Notes: generated by a model not told the origin, from the letters alone. Positions 1 through 13,097 are shown, counted from the stretch's first letter. The stretch is 64,000 nt of DNA from Pachysolen tannophilus NRRL Y-2460 (GCA_001661245.1 KV454015.1:537465-601464); one strand, 5' to 3'. Numbers and translations are program-made.

Positions 1-2694
1 TGTGTCCATATTCTCGGTTTGGTCATTATCGTACTGCACTGATGTACTAGTAGAATTTTCGTGATAATCATCAGCGGGACTTAGATCTGACTTATACAGA
101 TTACTTTGGGGTTTATGGCGAACTTTTTCTGAAAGATCACCAGAATGTTGATCCTTTTCCTCAACTAGAGAATAAAAACTATGCTTCAGGTTATTATTCT
201 TAGACTTTAATGGGCTGCCATTGACAGACAGTGGAGAGTTATTCGGGTGTGATATACCATTTACCAGTGATTTCAGCCTTTCGAAATTTGAAGTTGGTGA
301 AGATTTATTGCCGCTTGAAACCATAGTAGTGGGCAATTCTCTTTCACCACTAGAGTGAGTTAATTTAGATGCAATTGGAATTCCACGATCAAAGAAATCC
401 TTCGTTCGAATCTTTGCAGAATATGGTGTTGATGGTTGTGAGGCGCTAATTGAATTTGACAGAGTATTAGGCAACTGGTTACTATTCCTTCTAGCAACAA
501 GTGCGCTTGGAGATGCTGTTGACAGAGAATAAGTAGAAGTAGATAGCGTCCTTCTCCTAGAATCCAAAGGCATTTTTTTGAACTGATGAGATGATGAACG
601 AAATGACGGTACAGAATTTTTAGGTTTCACATGCCTTTGTAATTGTTGTCGATGCAGAATTTGGTCATATTGCAGATTATCAGACATAGAACCAATATTT
701 AAAGTTTCTGATCGTGGTCTTATATAGTTTCTTGGACTAACAGCTGGTCTGTGCCAAAACGAAGAGCGTTTATAACTGGAGAACAGGGGGCTTTCGATAT
801 CCATATCCATGCCATTGACAGCTGTACTTGCGGAAGAAGAATCTGGTGAAAGTATAGCCGTGATAGGTTCTTGAAATTGAACAGAACTTCTGGAAAAATC
901 TTCAAAGCGGGAAATCCAACTTGCAGGAGAATTACGAGGACTATTTACCAATGCCAATGGAGAACTTCCAGCAGGGGTTCTCATATTGATCAAGCGAGAC
1001 CGTAGTAATATTATTGATTTGTCCAAGGCAAATTCTGTAGCACAATGATTCCGAATAATCGTGATCTTTGGCCACGTTGCTCTTGTTCCTCTTACAGTAG
1101 CATCCAAGAGAAATTCTGGAGTTGGATTTACCAATAACTTGTTCAACTCTGTGAATTTGAGATCCGAAAGAATAGTTACATTACCTGAATATTGCTGTGA
1201 TAGAACTGATCTCAATTTTGTAGACAAATTTTTCGCAATTCCTAGTTCAGACATTACTTCCAAGTAATGTATGACCTCTGATGAAAATAAATCGTATGCA
1301 TAACTCAAGTATGCTTTGATTTTCGCAGAATACTCATTTTCTGTTTCTCCACCTACACATGCAATTGACATTTTTAAAAATGGAACGACATGAGGGTTTA
1401 CCTGGCATGCGATTATATGATCAACATTAAACATCTCAGAAAGACGTTTTATCGGTAAATCATTATCGACAGATCCATCTACAAACTTGACTGAAGCATG
1501 ATTCCACTCTTGCATTGCACCTGTTTCCAAGTTTTTTTCATAGATGGTGGAAGAAGAGAAAATACCTGGAAGTGAGCATGAAGCACAAACTGCAGACCAA
1601 ATTAATACGTTAGGTGCCGTTAAATAGTTCAATAATGTAGGTTGTTCATGAATAGATACAGAGGAAACTGTAACGTTTAGGATCCTGCCTGTTCTGTTAT
1701 AGGATTCTCTAAATGTCAAATCACCTAAAAATCCTATCATAGTTTTTCTCAAGTATCTATTATCGAACAAAGTACCATATTTTAAAAAACGAGCCAAATA
1801 TACCAAGAAACCCTCTTCTTTATTTGTTTCATTAAATATATCAAATGTTCTATGTTCAATTGTGGATATTAACAGTATAGTTTCCTCGGGCGATTGTACA
1901 CATAATATACTGGCCATGATTGCGCCAGCTGAAGAACCTGAAATAATTCTTGGAAGTAAGTTAAGTTCTAACAAATTAGACAAGACGCCAATATGAAATA
2001 TACCAAAACACCCTCCTCCACTCAAGACTAAAGCAGTCCTACCAATTGCCTTTCTTGTTTGAATGAGCATTGATAAAAGATACCCATCATCTATTGGATT
2101 TGAAGGATCTATTAACAACTGCAATGCCTTTTCACATTCCTTGATATAGTCCTCAATTAATTTCTTGGTGCCAACATATGAATGACGATATAAATTAACA
2201 TTTCCTATATTACCTGTATTTCTAGTCCAAGTTGTTCGCACAAGATACAACAATTTGGGATAATCTTTCAGTTTCCTTGCCTCTCTCAACTCGTTGAGCC
2301 TTTCTTCTACCAACTTATAATCGTACAAATCAGATTCTTTTGTCTGCTTCCATACTTCGTTGTTTAAATATTCATCTAACTTTATTGATATTTCTTCCCA
2401 TTCTTTATAAGAAGTTGCTGCTTTCTGTTGCGCTAATAACTCATCAATCTGGGCCTGCCGCTCATTCTGCCTACCAACCCAATATCTCGTCAAAGGTAAG
2501 CTCTGTAAGAGCTTGGTGCAATTATTTATCACCGTTTGTATTGAAGATTCTATCATTAATTCATCTTCACAATCTTTGATACCGCTTTTTTCAAATTCGG
2601 CTTTTCGTTTTGCAAATATAGTCGAAGTCACGGATTCAAATGGATTGGCCATATATAAATCATCAAATGAATTTGTCGGTGTGACTCCATCCAT
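1..2694 (-). CDS. Patatin-domain triacylglycerol lipase, Tgl4/Tgl5-like; 3' end runs off the window
   Basis: Not in the ORF track. Manual translation from ATG 2694 (in-frame TAA upstream) gives MDGVTPTNSF...WEEISIKLDEYLNNEVWK...YDYKLV, then RTALVLSGGGCFGIFHIG and the lipase motif RIISGSSAGA. The frame is still open at position 1. Confidence 0.88.
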   Translation of the reverse strand, partial: MDGVTPTNSFDDLYMANPFESVTSTIFAKRKAEFEKSGIKDCEDELMIESSIQTVINNCTKLLQSLPLTRYWVGRQNERQAQIDELLAQQKAATSYKEWEEISIKLDEYLNNEVWKQTKESDLYDYKLVEERLNELREARKLKDYPKLLYLVRTTWTRNTGNIGNVNLYRHSYVGTKKLIEDYIKECEKALQLLIDPSNPIDDGYLLSMLIQTRKAIGRTALVLSGGGCFGIFHIGVLSNLLELNLLPRIISGSSAGAIMASILCVQSPEETILLISTIEHRTFDIFNETNKEEGFLVYLARFLKYGTLFDNRYLRKTMIGFLGDLTFRESYNRTGRILNVTVSSVSIHEQPTLLNYLTAPNVLIWSAVCASCSLPGIFSSSTIYEKNLETGAMQEWNHASVKFVDGSVDNDLPIKRLSEMFNVDHIIACQVNPHVVPFLKMSIACVGGETENEYSAKIKAYLSYAYDLFSSEVIHYLEVMSELGIAKNLSTKLRSVLSQQYSGNVTILSDLKFTELNKLLVNPTPEFLLDATVRGTRATWPKITIIRNHCATEFALDKSIILLRSRLINMRTPAGSSPLALVNSPRNSPASWISRFEDFSRSSVQFQEPITAILSPDSSSASTAVNGMDMDIESPLFSSYKRSSFWHRPAVSPRNYIRPRSETLNIGSMSDNLQYDQILHRQQLQRHVKPKNSVPSFRSSSHQFKKMPLDSRRRTLSTSTYSLSTASPSALVARRNSNQLPNTLSNSISASQPSTPYSAKIRTKDFFDRGIPIASKLTHSSGERELPTTMVSSGNKSSPTSNFERLKSLVNGISHPNNSPLSVNGSPLKSKNNNLKHSFYSLVEEKDQHSGDLSEKVRHKPQSNLYKSDLSPADDYHENSTSTSVQYDNDQTENMDT

Positions 2695-2970
2695 GATCTT
2701 TGGCTCTTTCTCTGTTCTTTGGTCACCAAAATAAATAATAATTAAATATTATCATATTATATTTAAAAAACATTATTTAAAATTGATTATTTTATACCAT
2801 GTGAAAATAGAATACAATTTAGAAAAGACAAGTTGATAAGCTTAACTACAATACAAACGAAGAAGAAGACAAGAGTTTATGGAGATGATCCAAGTCAGGT
2901 AGATTAGACAGGCTAGACATGATATATTTTTATACTATTGTAATGTTCTATATACTGGTAAAATGCTCTA

Positions 2971-5900
2971 TCAAGAGTTATCGGTATCATTAGGGCCTTG
3001 GAAATTTCCTTGGATATAACCATTCAAAATTTGCTCGTCGAATTGATGATTCAGAGGCAGTTTTTGATACTCATTTCTATCAAGTGGTGCATCTGATTTG
3101 TTTGGTTGCAGATTGAAGAAAGTATCAGGATTGGTGTTATCAGCGCCAAATTGTATTGGCTGGTGAGCAAAATTTATAGCGTTAGTAGGGCTCATATTTG
3201 TCCGAATTGTTTCGTTTTGGCATTGTAATGTTTCCAGCATTATCAGCATCTGCTGTTGAATGGTACTGTTTCCACCTGGCATGTAAGGATATGGTATGTC
3301 AATAGTATTTTGATAATTTTGTTGTGTCATATCTGAGGCCCTATTGAAGTATTGAGTATTGAAATTCATAGGGTTTGGAAAAAACAATGTCTCTGGTAAT
3401 TGGTTTTGATTGTTGGATCTAGGATCCGGCATTCCAAAATTGATACATTGGTTATTTTTCAAAAAGTGTTGATTTTCAAGCGTGAAATCTTCTGGATCTG
3501 GTTGTATTTCCAGGTCAGTTTTTGAAATTGGATTTGAAGAAAATTCTGTACTGGAAGACTGGTTGCTCATATTACGATTAAAATTATCAGATTTCATTTT
3601 GCAAGATTTCAGATTGTCTTCACATCTTGAAGTGGATTCAGGTTTATTCAGGTCATGAAGATTTGTTTCAAGGATATTGTCTCTGTCTTTAGTTTTCAAC
3701 AATTGTTGACCCAATGGCCCCAATTCTCTGATCAAGTTCAATAGTTTCCCTAAATTTATTTCATCGATGAGGTCTCCATCCAAAGTTGCATCTTTTTTAT
3801 TTTTAAGTACAATCTTCCTAACTTCATCTTGCTGCTTAGCAAAAACTTCAAGAATTGTTGGTCTTCTACTTAGTATCTGTTTTAAAATTTGTTTCGAAAA
3901 GGCTGATTTGCTACTCACAATATTTTGACAGCACCAGATATATATCGCCACTAGGAATTTTACATAACAATGTTTATCTTTGATCGGAAGACCTTTAAAG
4001 TGTGAAGAATTCACGAATGCAAATTTAATATTTTTAACATATTCTTCAGCTGGTAAATTGGGATCATTAACGGTATCGTCATGATCTTCTGTAATTTCCA
4101 GGCTATTATCATGAAAGACTCTGCTATCATCGCTCTGGTCATCAACGGAAGCATTGGAAAGTTCCTGCAGGTAATTTGGTCTTTTGAATTTGTAAACTAT
4201 TTCTGCTGATGGACTTTCATATGTAATCAAAACCATATGTTTCACGCTCTTGTCACTTAATAGGAATCTATAAAGATTCTTGGTCATAATGAATCTAAAC
4301 CAGTGAATAATAGTATGTAGCAAATAATTCTCTCTATATCCATTCTCCTTTGATTTATGAACTAAAATGATGTAAAATAACGCACATATTTTAACAGATT
4401 TGATCAATTTTGTGAAAATGCTGAACCTATTTTCCAAGTTATTTGGGGTTGAAGTATCTATAGTCTCGCTAATATTTACAAAACTTTCTGTATAAAGAGT
4501 AAGTTTGATCGCAATTGACATCACAACAGAGAAGAGTATCTCTGACGGGAAATTTTTAGGAATTTTTATAAATTTATACGGTTCTTCTCGATTATGAAGT
4601 ACGATTGGATCATCCCATTGAATATTGTATTCTGGTAGTAATTCTTTTGGAACTGAAAATATAACTTTATTTACATCTTCTAGTAACTGGATTCTGATTT
4701 TAGTAAAACGATGACAATTGAAAATTATATCTGAAAGAATAATTGCACATTTGCAAGTTGCAATAATAAACGGTCTTGTATCAAAGTTTTGTGGGCTTCT
4801 TTCATTGTCATTTTGTTGAGGAAGGGAAATTATATCAAACATATTATACAGAATACTTGTTGGTGGTAATGGTGGTACATTGGGGAAAATTGGAACTTTG
4901 TTATTAATACTAGCAACTACTTTATCCCAAGTATAAGTGGCCCATAATAATCTTGCAAGGTCCGAAGTATGCTGTTCATCATCATTTTTAGTTTTTCCTT
5001 TAGAGTTGATAAATTGATCATATGCTTCAATTGCCATGCGACAAGCAATACAGTTGAAAATCCATGATTTTTTAATTGAACCTCCCAAATTAAGATTCAT
5101 TACTGAATACATTAGACCAATAGTGGCTAATTCCATGGAAGGAATTTCAAACAAAGCTTGCAGAAACAACTGAGAAGACTTGTGCATCATATTCAATAAT
5201 TGCGAATGATCATTCTTCTCACTTTCTGTTGTTGCTGGTGTAGCTGGTGTCTCTGGTGCTGGTGCTGGTGCTGGTGCTGCTGTCTTTGCAATGGCTACTG
5301 ATTTCATAAAAGCGAGTATGACGCACGCTAAGAGGGGAGATAAGTCCAGATCTGAGTCCATTTCCATATCTGAATCCAGGCACAGGTCCAAATTGACTTT
5401 TTGGTTTTGCTCTTGTTTATCTTTATTTTGTACAATTTGTCTCAACAAGGATTCATTCTCAGTCATACAGTCAATAGAAGTCTTTGACAAGAAATAAGGG
5501 AACCCATGTTTGAGTAACCCCTGAACTTGATCTTTGAATTCGAACTCCTGAGGCCAAGAATGATCATGATCTCTACCTGTATTCAACGCTTCTTCTGCTG
5601 ATGATTCAACATCATCAAAATAATTTTTATTTTTCAACGTTTGCGATATATATTCAAAAGGAACAGATAAACCATTGGCAATAAATGGAAAATTAGTAAT
5701 ATCAAGTTCCAAATCTTGCTGTTTAGTTTCACTGTTTCCTTCCAGTAAGTTTCTTTTTTTAAAATTTTCGCTCTCACCATCACCTCGTTCCTTAACCTGC
5801 TTAGTCAATTTGGAAATTTGATTTTCCAAATGTCGAACATAAGATATCGAAGCAGGCTTATCGTATACACATCGTTGCTTTGAACTCCTGCAATTTGAAC

Positions 5901-6125
5901 AAAATGGATACAATCCATCACACCCAATCTTTGCAAACTCTCTATTAGTATATTAAAATCACCCAAATTTTTGTCAAAAAGGTCGAAGCTAACCCGACCC
6001 CACTTAACTTCAAATTCCAACAAAAAAAAAAAAAAAAAAAAAGAAGAACAAAAACTCACCTTCCGCTGCCGACAATTAGTGCAGGTCAACCTATGATACT
6101 TCCTAGATCCCTTATTAGAATACAT
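2971..6125 (-). CDS. Zn(II)2Cys6 transcription factor, two exons (6125-6060, 5928-2971)
   Basis: Splicing a GTGAGT...TACTAAT...AAG intron (6059-5929) joins two ORFs into a complete cluster, CTNCRQRKIGCDGLYPFCSNCRSSKQRC. A fungal TF middle-homology-like motif (RLLWATYTWDK) follows. Confidence 0.85.
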
Positions 6126-6992
6126 TTAAATTAAAAAATACGGTAGATTTATTGTTTTCTTTAACCTTAAAACAAGTTCCAAAATAAACTTAGATCTTGT
6201 GTTTCGGTTTTTTTTCCCTTTCTTTCTTTCTTTCTTTCTTTGTCTCTCTTTTTTTGTTTCCACACATAACTCTCAATGTGACCTACAGCATATATATTGG
6301 TTTTCTTATTATTTCAAACCCACATAGCACATAGAGATATCTGAAGTGGATATGCACATCTACGTTTGCCAACACTATACTCAGCTGAGTAACAATGCAT
6401 CTTTATGCATCTTTAGGGGTATTAAACATTTATGTCCGTCCGTCGCGCTTTTTTTTTTTGAAAAATCTTCCTTCACCTTTCCGCAACTTTCAACATCTTT
6501 TTCGGCCTAATTTTTCGCCAGACTTGGCGGTGAATTGGGCGGCTAAATTTTTTTTCTTTTTTCTTTTTTTCTTTTTTCTTTTTTTCTTTTTTTTTTTTTT
6601 TTTTTTTTTTTTTCACTTTTTACTCTGGGCACATAATATTTTTTTATTATTATTTTTTGTCTATGCAAGTGAGTGAGTGTGTGAATGTAGGAGTTGAGGG
6701 GCAGATTAGGGGTACCAGATGAGATATAGGTATGCGGTGCACATAATGATACGCTTTATTGAGATGTATGGTGGTCAGCATTTAAGTTAAGTTAAAGTGC
6801 GCATTTAGCGATGCGCAAACAAGTAGCAGCATGCTTTAAGAGCGCGCCGCTTAACAATCTCAATACTGATAAGCCCAAAAAAAAAGAATTAAAATTAAAT
6901 AAAAAATTAATTAATACTTTTATGGAACAAGATAAACAAAGAAACACAAAATACTCAACTCCTTATCGTATACCTTTGAGGGCCATTTCAAG

Positions 6993-8942
6993 ATGATTTA
7001 TGGGATAACTTTGATTTGTCTTACAGGGGTGTTGTTTTTTGGTTACAATTTCTTGCTGGATCAAGGGTTTGTTACTGTTGAACAACAAGTTGGTTCAAAG
7101 TTACCAAATTTTGCTGAGGAATTAAGAAATCTCAGATGGGGTCCATTAAATTTTATACATACAACAGATACTCATGGGTGGTATGCTGGTCATATGAACC
7201 AGAGGTCATATTCTGCGGATTGGGGGGATTTTATTAGTTTCACTGAACGTATGCATGAGATTGCTGATTTCTTTGGTGTTGACTTGTTGGTGATTGATTC
7301 TGGAGATAAGCATGATGGTAATGGGCTTAGTGATGCTACAGAAGAACTCAATGGGGTATATTCTTCTAGGATCTTTGCGCAACTGAAATATGATTTGTTA
7401 ACTCTTGGGAATCATGAATTGTATGTGGAAGCGGTTAGTACTCATGAATATACCCATGTTGTTCCAATATATGGTGATGCTTATGTTTCTACTAACGTTG
7501 AATATAAATTGGATAATGGTACTTTTGTTCCATTTGGGAATGGTAAGTATCGAATATTTGAGACTAAGAACCAGAAATTCAAGATTTTAGGGTTGGGGAT
7601 TTTATTTGATTTTACACCATCAAATAATGATAAAGTTCGTATAACTCCCATTAAAAATTTAATCCAACAAGATTGGTTTAAAGAATTGTTGGAAGATAAC
7701 GTTGATTCCAACTTGGATCTTATTGTTATTGCTGGTCATGTACCAGTTTCTCGTAGTTGGGAAGAATTGGATGAACTTCACAATTTTTTAAGAAATTATT
7801 TCCCCAATTTACCAATTCAATATTTTGGAGGACATTCTCATATTAGAGATTTCACAATTTTTGATAATAAACTGTCTGGATTACAAAGTGGGAGGTATTG
7901 TGAAACTGTTGGGTGGCTTTCAATTGAAAGTTTAACAGCGAATGAATTACAATATGATAGAAAATATATTGATTTTAATATTCATTCTTTTATGCATCAT
8001 TCTAATACTACAGAATTTGATTTTTCAACTCCAATTGGAATCGGTGTAACTAAAGAAATTGCCAAGTACGTTACAGAATTAGAACTTAAGGAAAGTTATG
8101 GAGTTGTTCCTAGAAATTTCTTGGTAAATGCTTCACCTTATCCTTCAAAAGGTAATTTACTTAGTTTATTATCAGAAAAAATCTTGATTAGATTAGTACC
8201 AAAAGATAAGAGTTTAGAAACAACTGGTAATTCTAGAATTATAATCATTAACACAGGTTCTATTAGGTATGACTTGTATAAAGGTCCATTTACTAAAAAT
8301 TCGAAATATATTGTTTCACCTTTTCAAAATAAATGGAAATTAATTTCAAGTGTTCCAAGATCAATTGCAATGAAGATTGAACCCGTTTTGAATAATCAAA
8401 CATACATCTTACGCAAATGCAACAATAATGATAATGATCACGATCACAAAGTGGAACTGAGTTATTTACAACACAATCTTGATTTTTCTAATCTTTTAAA
8501 CCCAATTGATCAAGCATTTGTTAAAAAGAAAGAGAAAAGACAATTTGAAGAATGTAATTCCAATGAAGAAAAACCAAATTTATTTGATTATTTTACATTC
8601 AAGGCTCTTACTTACGGCTACGTAACAGAAGATGATATGGGATATGATGGTGATGATACCATACATAAATCGTTAAATTATTATCCATCACCAAACGTTA
8701 TTCAGAGTTATGAGCCTGGTTCAGACTTGATTACATCCCAAAACGAAATTGAAGAACTTATCGATGTGGTATACTACGACTTCATCGAGCCCTACATCCT
8801 CTTTGCAATGCGGGAGATTATCGGGAATGAAAAAGATGTTGAAGAATATATCAATAGAATCCAGTACTATAACGATTTGAACAAAGAGTATAACGTTGGT
8901 ATGTTACTACAGGGTTATGTTGAAGAAAACTGGCTGAACTAA
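6993..8942 (+). CDS. Calcineurin-like metallophosphoesterase / 5'-nucleotidase family (YHR202W-like) with N-terminal signal or anchor
   Basis: Motifs HTTDTHGW, DSGDKHDGNGLSD, LGNHELY, GGHSH and SGRYCETVGW; hydrophobic N-terminus. Confidence 0.85.
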   Translation: MIYGITLICLTGVLFFGYNFLLDQGFVTVEQQVGSKLPNFAEELRNLRWGPLNFIHTTDTHGWYAGHMNQRSYSADWGDFISFTERMHEIADFFGVDLLVIDSGDKHDGNGLSDATEELNGVYSSRIFAQLKYDLLTLGNHELYVEAVSTHEYTHVVPIYGDAYVSTNVEYKLDNGTFVPFGNGKYRIFETKNQKFKILGLGILFDFTPSNNDKVRITPIKNLIQQDWFKELLEDNVDSNLDLIVIAGHVPVSRSWEELDELHNFLRNYFPNLPIQYFGGHSHIRDFTIFDNKLSGLQSGRYCETVGWLSIESLTANELQYDRKYIDFNIHSFMHHSNTTEFDFSTPIGIGVTKEIAKYVTELELKESYGVVPRNFLVNASPYPSKGNLLSLLSEKILIRLVPKDKSLETTGNSRIIIINTGSIRYDLYKGPFTKNSKYIVSPFQNKWKLISSVPRSIAMKIEPVLNNQTYILRKCNNNDNDHDHKVELSYLQHNLDFSNLLNPIDQAFVKKKEKRQFEECNSNEEKPNLFDYFTFKALTYGYVTEDDMGYDGDDTIHKSLNYYPSPNVIQSYEPGSDLITSQNEIEELIDVVYYDFIEPYILFAMREIIGNEKDVEEYINRIQYYNDLNKEYNVGMLLQGYVEENWLN

Positions 8943-9059
8943 CATCCCTACACCACACAAAACCACACCACAACATATACTACCCAAGTCTTTGCGGCGG
9001 GAGGAGGGAGACGGGCGGTGATTGGCAGGCAGCAGACACTACTTCCCAACCCCCACTTC

Positions 9060-9150
9060 TCCCTGACTCACTCCACGACTCCGTGACTGTGTGACTGCGC
9101 TTTTATTTCCGCTTCCGAATCGGGTAAAAACCCTAAAAAAAACCCTGAAT
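9060..9150. promoter_or_regulatory. Ribosomal-protein promoter elements upstream of RPS4 (Homol-D-like, Reb1-like, Tbf1/Homol-E-like)
   Basis: TGTGACTG at 9090-9097 (reverse complement of Homol-D CAGTCACA), a variant at 9082-9089, CGGGTAA at 9121-9127, and two AACCCT(A/G) motifs at ~9129-9147. Confidence 0.5.
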
Positions 9151-9401
9151 CATATTTTTCTGCCAATTTACACGCACTTTTTTTTTCTTTTGCCAAAAAT
9201 TTTTTGTTTTTTTTTTTTTTTTTTTTTCACTTAAAATTTTTCAGAGACCAAAGCGTTAACTGTGAACAAAAAAAAAAAAAAGGAAGTAGGTAAAGGTTTT
9301 CTATATAACTTTTTTTTTTTTTTTATTTAATTTATATATATATTCTTCATATATAATTATATCTTTTTAATTGTTTCAGTTTTAGAGATTTATAGTTGAA
9401 C

Positions 9402-10503
9402 ATGGCAAGAGGACCGTATGTAAATGATGAAGATTTAAAGATTCAATAGTGGGGGAATGGAAATATTTAAAAGTATAGAAAAAGAAAGAGAACGGATTAT
9501 TACTATGTGTGAAATGATATAAGATATCACATAAACCAATGATGAGAGTAATGATGATTGTATAAGGTATTACTATGTGTGGTATCGTATGTGATACTTA
9601 CTTGTCATGATATGGATGGATATGTTGTACAGATATTTTAAATTATTTTCTTGTTCCCCTATATATTGATTGTATTAAATGATTTTTACAAATACTAACT
9701 AACTTAAAAAAAATTTTTTTTATTTATACAGAAAGAAGCATCTCAAGCGTCTCGCAGCTCCATCCCATTGGATGCTTGACAAATTATCTGGAACTTATGC
9801 TCCAAGACCGTCTGCTGGTCCACACAAGTTGCGTGAATCATTACCTTTGGTTATCTTTTTAAGAAATCGTCTTAAGTATGCTTTAAACGGTCGTGAAGTC
9901 AAGGCTATCTTGATGCAAAGACATGTTAAAGTTGATGGTAAAGTTAGAACTGATACTACTTTCCCAGCTGGTTTTATGGATGTTATCACTTTGGAAGCAA
10001 CCAATGAAAACTTTAGATTGGTTTATGATGTTAAGGGTAGATTTGCCGTTCACAGAATTACTGACGAAGAAGCAACTTATAAATTGGGTAAAGTTAAAAG
10101 AGTCCAATTAGGTAAAAGAGGTATTCCATATGTTGTTACCCATGATGGTAGAACTATAAGATATCCAGATCCAAACATTAAAGTTAATGACACTGTTAAA
10201 ATTGACTTGTCTACTGGTAAAATCACTGATTTTATCAAATTTGATACTGGTAAATTGGTCATGGCTACCGGTGGTCGTAACTTGGGTAGAGTTGGTGTCA
10301 TCACTCATCGTGAAAAACATGAAGGTGGTTTCGATTTAGTTCACATTAAGGATACTTTAGATAACACTTTTGTCACCAGATTATCAAACGTCTTCATCAT
10401 TGGTGAACCAGGTAAACCTTATGTCTCATTACCAAAGGGTAAAGGTATTAAATTAACCATTGCTGAAGAACGTGATAGAAGACGTGCTCAACAAGGTTTA
10501 TAA
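9402..10503 (+). CDS. RPS4: 40S ribosomal protein eS4, two exons (9402-9415, 9732-10503)
   Basis: ATG GCA AGA GGA CC|GTATGT ... TACTAAC (9693) ... CAG|. The spliced product begins [23 protein letters not shown], typical of eS4. Confidence 0.97.
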
Positions 10504-10792
10504 GAAATAAAAGCTTTAAGCAAAGATTAAAATATAATATAATATAACATATATATGAATAGGATTTTTGGTTATCGTTTTCATAACTCTTGTTTGAAAC
10601 CGTTTTGACGTTCTTTTTTTTTTTGTTAGTTTGTGTACCTTTAAAAGTAAAAAAAAAATAAATAAATATATATTTAAAAGAAAAGAAAGAAGACAAAATT
10701 AATTAATAAATTAATTAATTAATAAATTAAACCTGATTTTAATTTTATCTAGAGATAATTGATTAATTAAGAATCTCTATAATCCTTTTGAT

Positions 10793-11818
10793 ATGATAAT
10801 TGATCTTGTTTCGTGAGTAAATTAAAATGTTTTAATTTTAATAAAAAAAAAAAAAAAATTGATGTATTAACTAATTTTTTTTTTGAGGAGGTTTTTTTAA
10901 AACTTTCAATAGATTAGATTTATTACCACTTTATTGATTCCATTACTCTTATCATTGAAAGCAATTCAGCTTTTTTCAAATGTTCATTATAGTACTCCTT
11001 CTGGTAATACGAATTATGATTCCGTATTGATTAAATTATTAGTTCCTTGGTTAAGGTATTGGCTTTGTTATGCAGTATTAGAATATCTTGTTAATCTATA
11101 TTTTTTAAAACAAGTTATATCTTTGATACCATTTAACAAATTCTTAATAATAGCGATTAAAGTATGGTTTTATTTACCAAATTTCCAAGGATCAAAACTT
11201 GTGGTCAATGGTATAATGTTATATAAATCCAAATTTATTCATACAAGAGATAATAATGAAACTGTAGAAGTTGATTATGTGGATTTATTTGATTTACAAA
11301 TGGCCAATTTTTCAAATAAATTAGAAAATTATATTATGATACATTTACCAAATAGTATAGAATTAATTGAAATTCATAAATCTCTTTTAAATAATTATCA
11401 AGGAAGTTATTTAAATTATTTATTAAGTTATTTTGCAGATGATGATATATTAAATACTGAAACTTTTATTACAAATTTAGAAAAATTTATTTTTAAACCT
11501 ACAAGAAATATACTTGATAGGGCAAGAATAAGACAGGGAAATTCAACAACTATAATGGTATCTTCAATATTGGATGATAATACTCCTGAATATTCCAATT
11601 TTGATGCTCCACCTCCATACACAAGTGCTGGTAATAGTGATAGTAGAAATTCCTCTTGTGTACAATTACCAACAGGAGGATTAAGAACTCACTATGGCAG
11701 ATCCACTTCAATGCCACAACTTTGTGGGGTATCATCATCTTCTAGTCCTGGATCCTTGTTCAGTAAGAAATGGAAAAGAGGAAACAGAAATAATAATAAT
11801 AATAATAATAATAGATAA
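10793..11818 (+). CDS. TB2/DP1/HVA22 (REEP) family ER-shaping protein with a long disordered tail; probable exons 10793-10812 and 10918-11818
   Basis: WLRYWLCYA...IPF...KVWFYLPNFQG resembles the REEP core. ATG 10793, GTGAGT donor at 10813; only the TAG ending at 10917 gives an open frame. Confidence 0.6.
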
Positions 11819-11914
11819 TCTTGAAAAATATTTAATAGAATCATTTATACTATTTTTTTCTCTTAACAATAATTTATTTAATTTCGAATATACACAAGAA
11901 AGAATTCCATTTCT

Positions 11915-12817
11915 TCAAGTTGCCTTGAATGGATACTCAACAACACCATCTTTTCTTTTCCAAATCTTCTTCTTTCTCTTGTTAACAACATGTTCAACAA
12001 ATACATCATCACAATAAGTTTTCTTAAAAATTCTTATAAATTTTGGATCCCATAACTCAGACGCGATACCTAAATCTTTACAACACCTCATCAATGCATT
12101 GCTTTTACAACCTTCAGTAGCAGTTGGAATTCCCTTTTCACTAAAGAAATCTTGCTCGCCTCTTGCAATACTTACTAACCTACCTTTACAAACTAAAGCA
12201 TATTCTCTTGTTACAGTACCACCCATTCCATTTTTCGTCACAAGAGTTTCAGAACGAGGAGCTAACCCCCATCCACCAGCTCCAAATGCACGGTTTAATA
12301 TTCGACGATATTTAATTTCAGGTAAATAAATTAATCCATCTGGTGTGATCTCAACATCATCATTCGTCACCGGTTGAGCCAAGATTTTCTGGATTTCAGG
12401 CTCAAATGAAACCGTACCTAACCCATGAAACGATTCTGACCAATTAACCAGCCTGTTGTGTTGATTATGGTCTCCAAATTCAAGAATTGAAGGTGGTGAA
12501 TCTTTTAATGAGGTTTTAAAAATATCACTAATATTTTTCCCCTCTCCAGAGTTACTTGTCTCTGAAATCTCATCAACAACTCCATTTGTACCAGTACCAG
12601 AACTTCCAGAGCGAGGTGACAGCAACTCTTTCGAACTAGTTGAATTATCTCTTCTCGTGGCTGCTGAAGATGACCCGGTTGAAGATGAAGATGGCCGCCC
12701 ACTAAACGCCTCCTGCATAGCACTCCAATCCGAAGCAAAACATCTACCATCTTTCTGATATACAACAGCCAGCATAGATCTCAGCCGAACCTTCAACATA
12801 GACCTAATCATCACCAT
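11915..12817 (-). CDS. MGM101: Mitochondrial genome maintenance protein Mgm101 (Rad52-like)
   Basis: [30 protein letters not shown] and [24 protein letters not shown]; Arg-rich presequence-like N-terminus. Confidence 0.93.
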   Translation of the reverse strand: MVMIRSMLKVRLRSMLAVVYQKDGRCFASDWSAMQEAFSGRPSSSSTGSSSAATRRDNSTSSKELLSPRSGSSGTGTNGVVDEISETSNSGEGKNISDIFKTSLKDSPPSILEFGDHNQHNRLVNWSESFHGLGTVSFEPEIQKILAQPVTNDDVEITPDGLIYLPEIKYRRILNRAFGAGGWGLAPRSETLVTKNGMGGTVTREYALVCKGRLVSIARGEQDFFSEKGIPTATEGCKSNALMRCCKDLGIASELWDPKFIRIFKKTYCDDVFVEHVVNKRKKKIWKRKDGVVEYPFKAT

Positions 12818-13097
12818 ATTTTTCCCTTGCTTTGGACGATCGATTCAATCCAATCCAATTTATTTAATATTTATTTGGTATTAATCCGATTTTTCAATTC
12901 TTTTTTTTTTTTTTTTTTTTTTTCACCTTTTCAGAGAAGTACGTGTTATTTTATTTTATTATTATTATTATTATTTTCTTTTTATTGATATGTTTATTAT
13001 TTTAATACTCCAATTGCAAAATATATATTGAATATTCGGTGATTGTTGGTTATTTATAATCAATTCTGGGGTGTTATTCTATTTTGGATGAGCTAAG

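Noticed and set aside
6395..6996. Short ORFs 6395-6676 and 6811-6996 (and similar Phe/Lys-rich ORFs at 15426, 43702, 48611, 59438)
   Set aside because: Translations of intergenic poly(T)/poly(A) tracts with no protein-like features.
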